Assembly (NCBI RefSeq): GCF_004295685.1
Contig: NZ_AP019368.1
Span: forward strand, 1,056,364-1,120,363
Source of the DNA: Fluviispira sanaruensis
GTDB taxonomy: Bacteria; Bdellovibrionota_B; Oligoflexia; Silvanigrellales; Silvanigrellaceae
DNA length: 64,000 nucleotides
Direction: 5' to 3'
Part shown: one piece after another, positions 48,560 to 57,145 of the stretch
How positions within the stretch are numbered: the first letter of the stretch is position 1
How the letters are laid out: each line of letters begins with the position of its first letter
Translations under genes and position numbers: made by a program
The notes under the pieces: model-generated
What the model saw: only the letters and a program-made list of their open reading frames with translations
Database searches by the model: none
Told to the model about the DNA's origin: nothing

Positions 48560-50059
48560 ATGAGCGAAAATAATTTAACAAGTTATCCAAAAGTACTTGA
48601 GATAATGAAAAAATATGATGTTGTTATTGGCATTGAAGTTCACTGTCAATTAGCGACAAAAAGCAAAATGTTTAGTCACGCCAAAAATGCATATGGTGAT
48701 TCTCCGAATTCTAATATTGATCCAACTTGTTTAGGTTTACCAGGAGCTTTACCGACTATCAATGAAGAGTGTGTAAACTTAGCTATCCGTATGGGATTGG
48801 CGCTTAAAAGTAACATTCAACCTGTGAGTGTTTTTGCGCGTAAAAACTATTTTTATCCTGACTTACCTAAGGGATATCAAATCACTCAGTATGATAAGCC
48901 CATTTGTTTTGGCGGCGAACTTTTTCTAACGAGTGGCAAAAAAGTAAATATTGAGCGTGTGCAAATTGAAGAAGATGCAGGTAAAAATATTCATGTTGGA
49001 GCAACGTCTCTCGTTGATTACAACCGTTCGGGAGTGGGGCTGATTGAAATTGTCAGTGCTCCTGATATGACTTCGCCAGAAGAAGCGAGTGATTATTTGC
49101 GTAAATTGCATAGCTATGTTGTTAATTTAGATATTTCTGATGGTGACTTAGAGCGAGGAAATTTCCGTGCGGATGCCAATGTTTCTATTAAGCCAAAAGG
49201 TTCAAATGTACTTGGCCAACGCTGTGAAATTAAAAATGTGAACTCATTTAAATATCTAGAAAAAGCAATTGCATATGAAGTGGAACGCCAATACGAAGTG
49301 ATTGAATCAGGTGGAACAATTCATATGGAAACGAGAGGATATGATAGTGATAAAAACGTAACAATTGGCCAACGTAGTAAAGAATCAGCAAAAGATTATC
49401 GCTATTTTCCAGAGCCTGACCTGCCTCCTCTTGTTGTTTCTATAGAGAGAATTGAAAAAGTCAGAAGTCAAATGCCTGAGCTGCCTGAAAGCAAAGCTGC
49501 ACGTTTTATAGATAAATATGCGCTTCCTGAATACGATGCCAAGGTCATCACATCTTCTCGCATTAATAGTGCATATTTTGAATCATTGGTGAATTCATTG
49601 CTTGGTAAAGTCGAACCTAAAAACATCTCAAATTATTTTATGACAGATGTGATGAGAGCAAGTAAGGTATTTGCTGAAGAAAAAGGAATTTCGCTGGACG
49701 AATTGCAACAGGTTCCTGTGTCTTTAGAAAACAGTATTGCTCTTTTAAGTTTACAAGCTTCAGGAACAATAAGTGGTCGAATTGCAAAAGAAATTTTTGA
49801 GGAAATGATTTTAAGTGGAAAATCACCAGTTGAAATTGTTAAAGAAAAAAACTTAATACAAATTTCAGATGAAACTTCGATAGTAAAAATTTGTGAACAA
49901 GTTATTTTAGAAAATCCTGAGCAACTTTCGCAGTATTTGTCTGGAAAAGAAAAACTTTTCGGATTCTTTGTTGGTCAAACTATGAAAATTTCTGGTGGTA
50001 AATTAAACCCAAGTAAAGTTAATGAAATGTTAAAAAAATTACTTGATTCAAAAAAGTAA
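48560..50059 (+). CDS. gatB: Glutamyl/aspartyl-tRNA amidotransferase subunit B
   Basis: IGIEVHCQL, NIDPTCLGLPGALP, YFPEPDLPPL and the C-terminal GatB/YqeY domain are present. Confidence 0.95.
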   Translation: MSENNLTSYPKVLEIMKKYDVVIGIEVHCQLATKSKMFSHAKNAYGDSPNSNIDPTCLGLPGALPTINEECVNLAIRMGLALKSNIQPVSVFARKNYFYPDLPKGYQITQYDKPICFGGELFLTSGKKVNIERVQIEEDAGKNIHVGATSLVDYNRSGVGLIEIVSAPDMTSPEEASDYLRKLHSYVVNLDISDGDLERGNFRADANVSIKPKGSNVLGQRCEIKNVNSFKYLEKAIAYEVERQYEVIESGGTIHMETRGYDSDKNVTIGQRSKESAKDYRYFPEPDLPPLVVSIERIEKVRSQMPELPESKAARFIDKYALPEYDAKVITSSRINSAYFESLVNSLLGKVEPKNISNYFMTDVMRASKVFAEEKGISLDELQQVPVSLENSIALLSLQASGTISGRIAKEIFEEMILSGKSPVEIVKEKNLIQISDETSIVKICEQVILENPEQLSQYLSGKEKLFGFFVGQTMKISGGKLNPSKVNEMLKKLLDSKK

Positions 50060-50286
50060 TTTTGATTTTAAACATAAGGTTCCACCGAATTTTTTTAAAT
50101 TCGGTGGAGTTTCCAACCTATTCGCATTGTCTGTTTACATTAAAATGACTATAACTGAATATTTGCATATTGTCAAATTCTTCATGGCTAACATACTAAA
50201 ATTAATAAGCAAAGAGTATTAAAAAAGAAAAAAAATAGGGTAGGTCTTTTGGGTTATTTAATATTCGAATTTGATTTATCAAAAAT

Positions 50287-50922
50287 TTATCTAATTCCTA
50301 CAGTAAATATATCGATATATTGTTTTGCCAAATCAAAGCATTCTTCCTGTGGAATACCAAGTAAAGCTTGACGATTAAAGCCTATCATAAAGGCCAATGA
50401 ATAAATCATCATAACCAAAGCTTCGCAATCACATGTCGAAGAAATATCGCCCTTCAATTGTCTGCGTTTGAAAAATTCAATTTGAGGTTTTAAGAAATCC
50501 ATATTTTTAAATCTTATTTTAAAATCATCAAATTCTGGATCTGTTATTGCTCTTGAAAGTATGACTCTTAAGAGTTGTTCACTTTCTTTAAATTTTTCAA
50601 TATATATTTTCATAATCAAATAAATCTGATCTTCGATTTTATTTGATTCGCATAAACAATCTAATATATCTTTTTGGCTATTTACTCTGCCATTATTTAT
50701 CACTGCAATGAGAAGATCTGATTTTGATTTAAAATAACGAAACAATAGTCCATCAGAACATTTAGCTTCTTTAGCAATGTCACGGATGGTAGCTGCATCA
50801 TAACCCTTTTCAGCAAAAACTTTTTTTGCACTACAAATAAAATCTTCAAAACGATCTTCTTTATTTTTTCTTTGCCGTTTTACAATAGTTTGTGCTTTGA
50901 GTTCAGAGGATTCTGTTTGCAT
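50287..50922 (-). CDS. TetR-family transcriptional regulator
   Basis: The N-terminal HTH is KGYDAATIRDIAKEAKCSDGLLFRYFKSKSDL. Confidence 0.8.
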   Translation of the reverse strand: MQTESSELKAQTIVKRQRKNKEDRFEDFICSAKKVFAEKGYDAATIRDIAKEAKCSDGLLFRYFKSKSDLLIAVINNGRVNSQKDILDCLCESNKIEDQIYLIMKIYIEKFKESEQLLRVILSRAITDPEFDDFKIRFKNMDFLKPQIEFFKRRQLKGDISSTCDCEALVMMIYSLAFMIGFNRQALLGIPQEECFDLAKQYIDIFTVGIR

Positions 50923-51051
50923 GATAATTTTTCTGCACTTTCTCTATTGAGTAAATAATCAATTACTCAAATGTAAGATAGTGCGTAACCTAAGAACGAG
51001 CGCGAGTCAAGCATATTGGCTTATAACAAGATGATATCTTATAGTAAAAAT

Positions 51052-51459
51052 CTATCTGAGTTTTTCGGGTTGTGTGTCGTAAACCCTTGGGAGCTCTTTC
51101 GACCAGCGGATAAGTTGAGCTTGCTCATTGCGTAAATAATCTGAAACTTTTTTCATGCTAGGATCTGTGCGCATTTTATCTATGATATCTTGTAAAGTTA
51201 ATATTCTATCTGCTTGCACATCAAGATTCATAATATCATCCATAATGGAATTGAATGTGTCCTTTTCGTCAGGTGTCAAGCCTGTGGTTATGGAGTGCCG
51301 GTGAAATTTTTGAATCATATCTTTTTCAGTATTGATAACAATAGTGCCATCATCTCTTTTTTCTTCAACTACGCCTGGGTTCGTATAAATTCCAACTTTA
51401 GAAACATAATCTCCAACTTGAATAAATGCACCTTTTTGTGGTGGTGGAATATAAACCAT
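51052..51459 (-). CDS. Hypothetical protein
   Basis: The 135-aa product has no recognisable domain. It lies co-directional with and 25 bp downstream of another unknown ORF. Confidence 0.4.
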   Translation of the reverse strand: MVYIPPPQKGAFIQVGDYVSKVGIYTNPGVVEEKRDDGTIVINTEKDMIQKFHRHSITTGLTPDEKDTFNSIMDDIMNLDVQADRILTLQDIIDKMRTDPSMKKVSDYLRNEQAQLIRWSKELPRVYDTQPEKLR

Positions 51460-51484
51460 ATCTTTGTCTCCTCATAAACAGCTA

Positions 51485-51865
51485 TCAAATACCTAAGGTA
51501 ATCGGATCGACTGCGAAGTTTTCAGGTGCAAATTTTTCTCTGACAATTCTGTATTGCAATTCATTCTCTAAATATTTTATTATGCGTGGATTGCCATTGG
51601 CTTGTTTTAAGCTTTCGATTTTAGTATAAAGATCCCTTATTTCTTGGCGTTTATCTTCGTTTTCATTATCAGATAATGTCGTCATATATGCTTCTTTTAA
51701 ATTTGGTTCTAATCCGTTGCGTAGGCCAAATTTTGCATTTTCTTGAACTTTTTCAAAATTAGGATCTAGGATTATTTTGCCTGTCTGTGGATCGGTTTTT
51801 TCTACTCGAGTCGGATCCCCTTTGCGCGTCCAGACAATATCATTGGGTACAATTGCGAGTGGCAT
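51485..51865 (-). CDS. Hypothetical protein
   Basis: The 126-aa product has no recognisable domain. Confidence 0.4.
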   Translation of the reverse strand: MPLAIVPNDIVWTRKGDPTRVEKTDPQTGKIILDPNFEKVQENAKFGLRNGLEPNLKEAYMTTLSDNENEDKRQEIRDLYTKIESLKQANGNPRIIKYLENELQYRIVREKFAPENFAVDPITLGI

Positions 51866-51977
51866 AGCATTTTCCTATTTAAAAATAAATTCTTTCATGT
51901 ACTATTTTTAGCTCCTATTAAATAATGATGTGAGGCATTTTTTTTCTTAGGGACAGAGAATTGACATTAAAAAGTGT

Positions 51978-52958
51978 TTAAGGAATGCGTGGCGTAAGTA
52001 TACGTATGTTTTCTTGTTGGAAATTATATAATTCTTTTGTAAAGGAAAAAGATTTTTCATTGGATTTCTGAATGCCATCTGCGTCAAATATTTTTTTAAA
52101 ATCTGAATTCTTTTCTTGAGCACAAATTTCTAAACCATTGATTAAAGATTTTGAAATATCTAACTGTATTTTAGGGTTTTCAACGATAACTTTTAAAGGA
52201 ATACTTTGTGAAACGCCAAGAATCGTAAAATGGCCTATTTGTGAACCAATTTGAAAAGGAACAGAATTTGGAAATTTTTTTTCTAAAAAGGTTTCTGACA
52301 ATGCCCCTATTGTGGCTAAATTTTCATCGATAGCTTGTAAAACAGCATCGTAATTACCAACAAATATTGCGCTGCTAGGAAAAATATTACCTTGGAGAAA
52401 ATACATCCGCGGAACTAAGAAACCTACATCACTTTCAGGATTGGTGTAGGCAACAGTTGAATTATTAAAAAAATGAAGTGTGTGTTCATTTTGAAAAGAA
52501 TATATATTCAAAGGCAATGAGGTTTTAATTAAATAGTTTTTCCAAGTAGAGCTTTTCCCTAAAATTATTGAGCGCGTAAATGGAGATTCCTTTTTACGTA
52601 ATAACAATATACTTTGCAGCGGAGTTTTTTCAGAAGCTCCAATATAGGTTAAAGAACTCATAAGCGCAAACTGAGCATTACCCCTTGACAAAGCAGTGAT
52701 CAAGGCTTTCTCATCCGTAGCATAATTAAAATGGACTCGATATCCGGTATTTTTCTCAATGCAATTCTCTAAGTTTACTACAGCAATTTCATCAATATTT
52801 AATATATCAGGGCTTTCTAAATAGAACTCAATAGGCAATGCTTTAGAACCCAATTCTGGAGAATTTAAACAGAGTTGAGTGCAGCTTGTTAAAATCAATA
52901 AACTCATAATTAGGCAAGCATGGAAGGTTACTTTTTGTTTCCAATCATAAAAAATCAT
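51978..52958 (-). CDS. Secreted periplasmic-binding-protein-like protein (PhnD/SsuA-like fold, tentative)
   Basis: It has a signal/lipobox (LLILTSCTQ). The PBP type-II-like pattern is YATDEKALITALSRGNAQFALMSS. No adjacent permease or ATPase is present. Confidence 0.4.
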   Translation of the reverse strand: MIFYDWKQKVTFHACLIMSLLILTSCTQLCLNSPELGSKALPIEFYLESPDILNIDEIAVVNLENCIEKNTGYRVHFNYATDEKALITALSRGNAQFALMSSLTYIGASEKTPLQSILLLRKKESPFTRSIILGKSSTWKNYLIKTSLPLNIYSFQNEHTLHFFNNSTVAYTNPESDVGFLVPRMYFLQGNIFPSSAIFVGNYDAVLQAIDENLATIGALSETFLEKKFPNSVPFQIGSQIGHFTILGVSQSIPLKVIVENPKIQLDISKSLINGLEICAQEKNSDFKKIFDADGIQKSNEKSFSFTKELYNFQQENIRILTPRIP

Positions 52959-53852
52959 TTAATATCCTTTTTCGATCCACATTTCATTGATTATTGAGAT
53001 CAGATCGCTTTCCTTCATTTTATAAAGTTCTCTTTCAAATTGCTGTATAAGTTTCTCTTTATTAGGGAAAAAAGATTTGTTTGGGAAGATGCAATAATAA
53101 TCTCGCCAGTAAAGTACATTTCGATATTTAAAAACAGACTCTTCCGCCCCTATTTTTTTTAATAACATAGTTGTTCTTTCTCTATCAGCAATAAAGAGAT
53201 CTATTTTTTTTTGTCTTAATTTAATAACAAGATCTTTGTAATCTCGCCCTTCATACAATAAGCGGTTTAATTGCAATTTTTCATACGGGTAATTTTCCCA
53301 AAACTCACTTGGATAGGTAAAGCCAACGACGATACCTACAGTTAAGTTTTGTCCCACTGCTTCTTCATAACTTAAAGTTTCTTTATTGCCAATTTCACTC
53401 ATGAGTCTGTGATAAACATAATTCCTTGTGCGCAATGGAATTCTTGGAAAATAAGCATATTTTTTATATTTCTCCGTTTTTTGAATGCCTAAAGCAATAT
53501 CTGCTTTGCCCTCTTTGATCATGGGCTCCAATTCGTTCCATTTTACAATTTGGACTTCATATGGGATTTTTAACTTCACTAAAATTTTCGTCACTATATC
53601 AACATCCGAACCAACAATTTTGGGAGGGGCATTGGGGTCAACGATTTCAACTGGTTTTTTAGGATCTTCTTTTTTTGGGGGGGCTTTAGGATCCGCAGGT
53701 TTAATCACTTCAAAAAAGGAATGCATATCAACTTCTTCGGCAATGATCTTTATTTTTTTCTCTTCTGCACAAGAATTCTTTTGAAATATTAGAAAAAGAA
53801 ATATAATAGCAATTGACGATTTCTTTAAATTTAGAAATTTTCTAGCCAGCAT
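52959..53852 (-). CDS. Secreted substrate-binding-domain protein (SBP_bac_3-like, tentative) with a Pro/Lys-rich linker
   Basis: It has a signal peptide. The low-complexity segment KAPPKKEDPKKPVEIVDPNAPPKIV is followed by a PBP-like core. It contains C7/A7 homopolymers in the coding sequence. Confidence 0.4.
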   Translation of the reverse strand: MLARKFLNLKKSSIAIIFLFLIFQKNSCAEEKKIKIIAEEVDMHSFFEVIKPADPKAPPKKEDPKKPVEIVDPNAPPKIVGSDVDIVTKILVKLKIPYEVQIVKWNELEPMIKEGKADIALGIQKTEKYKKYAYFPRIPLRTRNYVYHRLMSEIGNKETLSYEEAVGQNLTVGIVVGFTYPSEFWENYPYEKLQLNRLLYEGRDYKDLVIKLRQKKIDLFIADRERTTMLLKKIGAEESVFKYRNVLYWRDYYCIFPNKSFFPNKEKLIQQFERELYKMKESDLISIINEMWIEKGY

Positions 53853-53935
53853 TGGCGTATCCTTTTAGGGAAGTTATACTGCAAGTGTTGAATAATTTTT
53901 TTATAGATATGAGAGAGAAAGAGTAAAATTCCTTT

Positions 53936-54400
53936 ATGAAAATTTGGATTGATGCAGATGCCTGTCCTGCAGTTATAAAAGAAATTGTCTTTAAAGCTTC
54001 TGAAAGATTAAGTGTGGAAGTTTGTTTAGTTGCAAACCAAGAGTTGAAGATTCCCAAATCTTCATTAATCTCAATGGTCAAGGTTGCAAAAGGTTTTGAT
54101 GTCGCTGATGCATATATTGTTACAAACTTGAATGCGAATGATATGGTCATCACGGCTGATGTGCCTCTTGCTGCTCTGGTGGTCGAAAAAGGAGCTCTTG
54201 CTATCAATCCACGCGGAGAACTTTATAATGAAGGTAACATTTCAGAAAGGCTTTCTGTGAGGAATTTTATGCAGTCTATGCGGGAGAGCGGGCTCATTCA
54301 AGGTGGAGGCCCTGCTCAGTTTAATCCAGCGGATAAGCAAAGATTTGCATCTACTTTTGATAAATATCTCCATATCTTAATTAAAAAAGATAAGAAATAA
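53936..54400 (+). CDS. YaiI/YqgE-like UPF0178 family protein
   Basis: The N-terminal MKIWIDADACP is diagnostic for UPF0178/DUF188. Confidence 0.8.
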   Translation: MKIWIDADACPAVIKEIVFKASERLSVEVCLVANQELKIPKSSLISMVKVAKGFDVADAYIVTNLNANDMVITADVPLAALVVEKGALAINPRGELYNEGNISERLSVRNFMQSMRESGLIQGGGPAQFNPADKQRFASTFDKYLHILIKKDKK

Positions 54401-55813
54401 TTATTCTTTATTCTGTAAAATTGCGCGAACGATACTTCGAGTTTCTATGCCTGTGTTTTTCAATAATTTATAAGAAATTTTTAAAAGCTCTTCTCGTTGT
54501 TGAGTATCTAAATTTTTAATAAGAGAAATCGTATCGATATTAAAATCAAAAATATAGCTTGGGTCTGATACATATTTATAAGGTAAATTTTTAGCTAATG
54601 AAGAAGAAATATCTTTATTATATTTTTCAAAAACAACGCTTCCATAGGTTGGAATTGTTTCTTTATAAGCATATGATGTTATAATCTCTCTTAAATAATT
54701 ATTAATATTTTTAGAATTAACATCGTGGTATTCATTTTGAAACAAGACGAATTGGAGAGGATCGTTTTTAATATTATTTTTTCTGATATAACTTAAATAA
54801 TTAAAAATAATTTGTTCATAAATTAAGTGACGATTAGAAATGATATTGATTGCATCATTTTTGCGCCTGTGCGAGCGATTAAATATACCTTCGAGTGCAT
54901 CTAAAATGTTAAAAGCTATAAGATCTGAAGATGAAAAACCTGGCAGGGGTGTGACATGAAAAGGTTGAGATAAATCTTGAGCATAATGTAAACTCCAGCC
55001 TAAAAAACGGTATCCCCAGTATGGATGTCCTTTATGAAATGCATATTTTGCAAGTTCTTTAAAAAGATAAAATCGATGCTCAGCATAAGTTTTTGTTAAA
55101 AAAGGAGCCGCTTTGTAGATTAGAGCTGAGTTGTGATAAAAACCCATATGAAAAGGAGCTTGGCTACTAAAGACAAGATTAGGATTGCCAAAAGGTTGAA
55201 TACCAAAATGATATTTGAAATTGTTTGCATCCGGGCTGTCGTCAAATAAGCCCACGTCAAAACCGTAATCTGGTTCATCTGATGCAGTGGCAACAATATT
55301 CAAAGGTGATAATAATTCTGAGTTTTCAATTTTAATAAATGTGTACGCGATCGAATTTTGTGAAATTTCCGGCAGTAGAATCTCATTTTGTGGAATACGG
55401 ATGTGTTTATCATTTAATTCATCCCCAGGTAACAATTGCAGGAAAATTGGGAATTTCATTTTAGGATTGATTCGTATAGCTCTTAAAAATTTACTTTCTA
55501 TATCGGGATCATTTGCATATGATTTAAATTTAATTTCTTCAGGTGTACTTGGATAAAATGAGTATTTATATTGATTATTTCTATTTAGCGACCACTCTTC
55601 GATTTGTTGCAGGATTTGAGGGAGATCATTTCGTGATTCCAATAAAAATGAATGCAAACTTTCTGGATAAATAATATTATTTTTCTCAATTTCAGGAGAA
55701 TATGTAAGAGCAAGTTCAGTGATCAACGTGTGATTTGACCAAGCATAAGTTTTTTTGCTTTGTAATATATTTATTATGCAAATAATAAATATTATTTTAT
55801 AAAAATTTTTCAT
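54401..55813 (-). CDS. Secreted protein of the zinc-dependent phospholipase C / S1-P1 nuclease superfamily (tentative)
   Basis: After signal-peptide cleavage the mature N-terminus begins WSNHTLI (a Trp1 zinc ligand pattern). The HYAQDLSQPFH motif resembles the Zn-PLC H-x-x-x-D-x-x-x-P-x-H. Confidence 0.35.
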   Translation of the reverse strand: MKNFYKIIFIICIINILQSKKTYAWSNHTLITELALTYSPEIEKNNIIYPESLHSFLLESRNDLPQILQQIEEWSLNRNNQYKYSFYPSTPEEIKFKSYANDPDIESKFLRAIRINPKMKFPIFLQLLPGDELNDKHIRIPQNEILLPEISQNSIAYTFIKIENSELLSPLNIVATASDEPDYGFDVGLFDDSPDANNFKYHFGIQPFGNPNLVFSSQAPFHMGFYHNSALIYKAAPFLTKTYAEHRFYLFKELAKYAFHKGHPYWGYRFLGWSLHYAQDLSQPFHVTPLPGFSSSDLIAFNILDALEGIFNRSHRRKNDAINIISNRHLIYEQIIFNYLSYIRKNNIKNDPLQFVLFQNEYHDVNSKNINNYLREIITSYAYKETIPTYGSVVFEKYNKDISSSLAKNLPYKYVSDPSYIFDFNIDTISLIKNLDTQQREELLKISYKLLKNTGIETRSIVRAILQNKE

Positions 55814-56589
55814 TTACGTGTGACCTTTTTAATAGCTTTATTTATCTTTTCCATGGTTTTTTCTCCAATGATTTTGGAGCACATAAAATACCGTGATTGG
55901 GCCTCTTTCATGTCCTGGAGTTTTTTTAGTTTAAGTTTATCTTTAAGATCTTTATTCTGATTTAAATGATACTGAATTTCGTTGACGGCAAAATAAGTAT
56001 AATCCGCTCCATTATTGGCGATAGATTCAAGCATTTCTTTTGGTTCTTGGGAAGTGACTTTAATTTTTTTAGGATCAATTTTGTTGATCTCTGTTGAGTC
56101 ATAATTTTTATATTGTGCAAGTAATTTATTTGTATAATTACCCCATGTATAACCGATTTTTGCCAAAGGCATAAGCGAGTCATCTTTCATAATATCTTCT
56201 AAAGTTTTGTATTTATCAAATCTTTTATCATCTTTGCGAATTGCAAGGGCAATTAATTCATCAGTATAATATGGTAATGAAAAATATGAAAACTTTTCTC
56301 TCTCATTGGTAATATATACGTATGAAAGACATATAGCTTCTTTGTTATTTTTAATGGCAAGAAGGGAACGTGAAATCGGTGTTTTCTGCATTTCATATTT
56401 AATATTTGCTTCATTCATTATTTTTTTTATCAAAAGATAGAGCTCACCTCCTTCGAGTTGGTGCGATTTATTATTTGTCATGAAATACGGAGGTCTGTCT
56501 TGGTAATGAAGTGAAATTATATTTTCACTTGCCATGGCTTTGCTTGATGAAAATAATCCAATTATGAGAATTAGAGCGAGCTGAATCAT
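55810..56589 (-). CDS. Secreted substrate-binding-like protein (PBP type II-like, tentative)
   Basis: It has a signal peptide and overlaps the downstream PLC-like gene by 4 nt, suggesting an operon. Confidence 0.4.
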   Translation of the reverse strand: MIQLALILIIGLFSSSKAMASENIISLHYQDRPPYFMTNNKSHQLEGGELYLLIKKIMNEANIKYEMQKTPISRSLLAIKNNKEAICLSYVYITNEREKFSYFSLPYYTDELIALAIRKDDKRFDKYKTLEDIMKDDSLMPLAKIGYTWGNYTNKLLAQYKNYDSTEINKIDPKKIKVTSQEPKEMLESIANNGADYTYFAVNEIQYHLNQNKDLKDKLKLKKLQDMKEAQSRYFMCSKIIGEKTMEKINKAIKKVTRK

Positions 56590-56797
56590 ATTTAATCCTC
56601 CAAAATTATTAATAAACGTTATATTAAATCTTCAAATGAAGTCAAGTATTTAACATGCTGATTTCAAAAGATTATTTATATCTTAGCACTTAAAGTGCCT
56701 GAAAATATTCTTTACAATTCAGTTTTTCTTCATTTTTATTTTTAAAAAGTCGATTGTAAACTGAGATGTAAAGTAACCTAAAACCGAAAGTTTTTTT

Positions 56798-57124
56798 ATG
56801 TCTAAGAATAAAACGACTAAAATTCTTATACTAGTCACAATTTTGGCAAGTTTTGTGACTAGTATAAGTTTATTTTTAAATTATTTCAATGAGATAAATA
56901 ACTTAAAGGCTGTTTACAAAATAGAAAAGCAAGATCAAGTGAATGAGGCTAAGAGAAATATCGAGATGCGCTTTAATTACTTTTACCAAGCTTTAAGAAC
57001 TATCAGTTTTATTCCAAACGTAAAAAACTTAATGGAAGGCAATGTGCAGAAGCTTTCAGCAGATACATTAAGTGTTATGCGTGAAATTTACAATAATGCA
57101 TATTATAATGTACAAATGTCATAA
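56798..57124 (+). CDS. Small membrane protein. This is probably the detached N-terminal TM1 and periplasmic start of the downstream sensor kinase.
   Basis: It has a TM helix (ILILVTILASFVTSISLFL) followed by sensor-like sequence. It is in the same frame as ORF 57146, separated by TAA-ATT-TAA. Confidence 0.35.
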   Translation: MSKNKTTKILILVTILASFVTSISLFLNYFNEINNLKAVYKIEKQDQVNEAKRNIEMRFNYFYQALRTISFIPNVKNLMEGNVQKLSADTLSVMREIYNNAYYNVQMS

Positions 57125-57145
57125 ATTTAAATACTTCCACAAAAA

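Noticed and set aside
47054-50059. The same reading frame shared by gatA and gatB, as another possible split gene
   Set aside because: The 24-nt spacer contains an additional TAA, and both are complete, well-known separate subunits, so the shared frame is coincidence.
53842-54207. 121-aa minus-strand ORF overlapping the YaiI-family gene
   Set aside because: It is antisense to a gene with a diagnostic N-terminal motif (MKIWIDADACP), so it is a spurious overlap.
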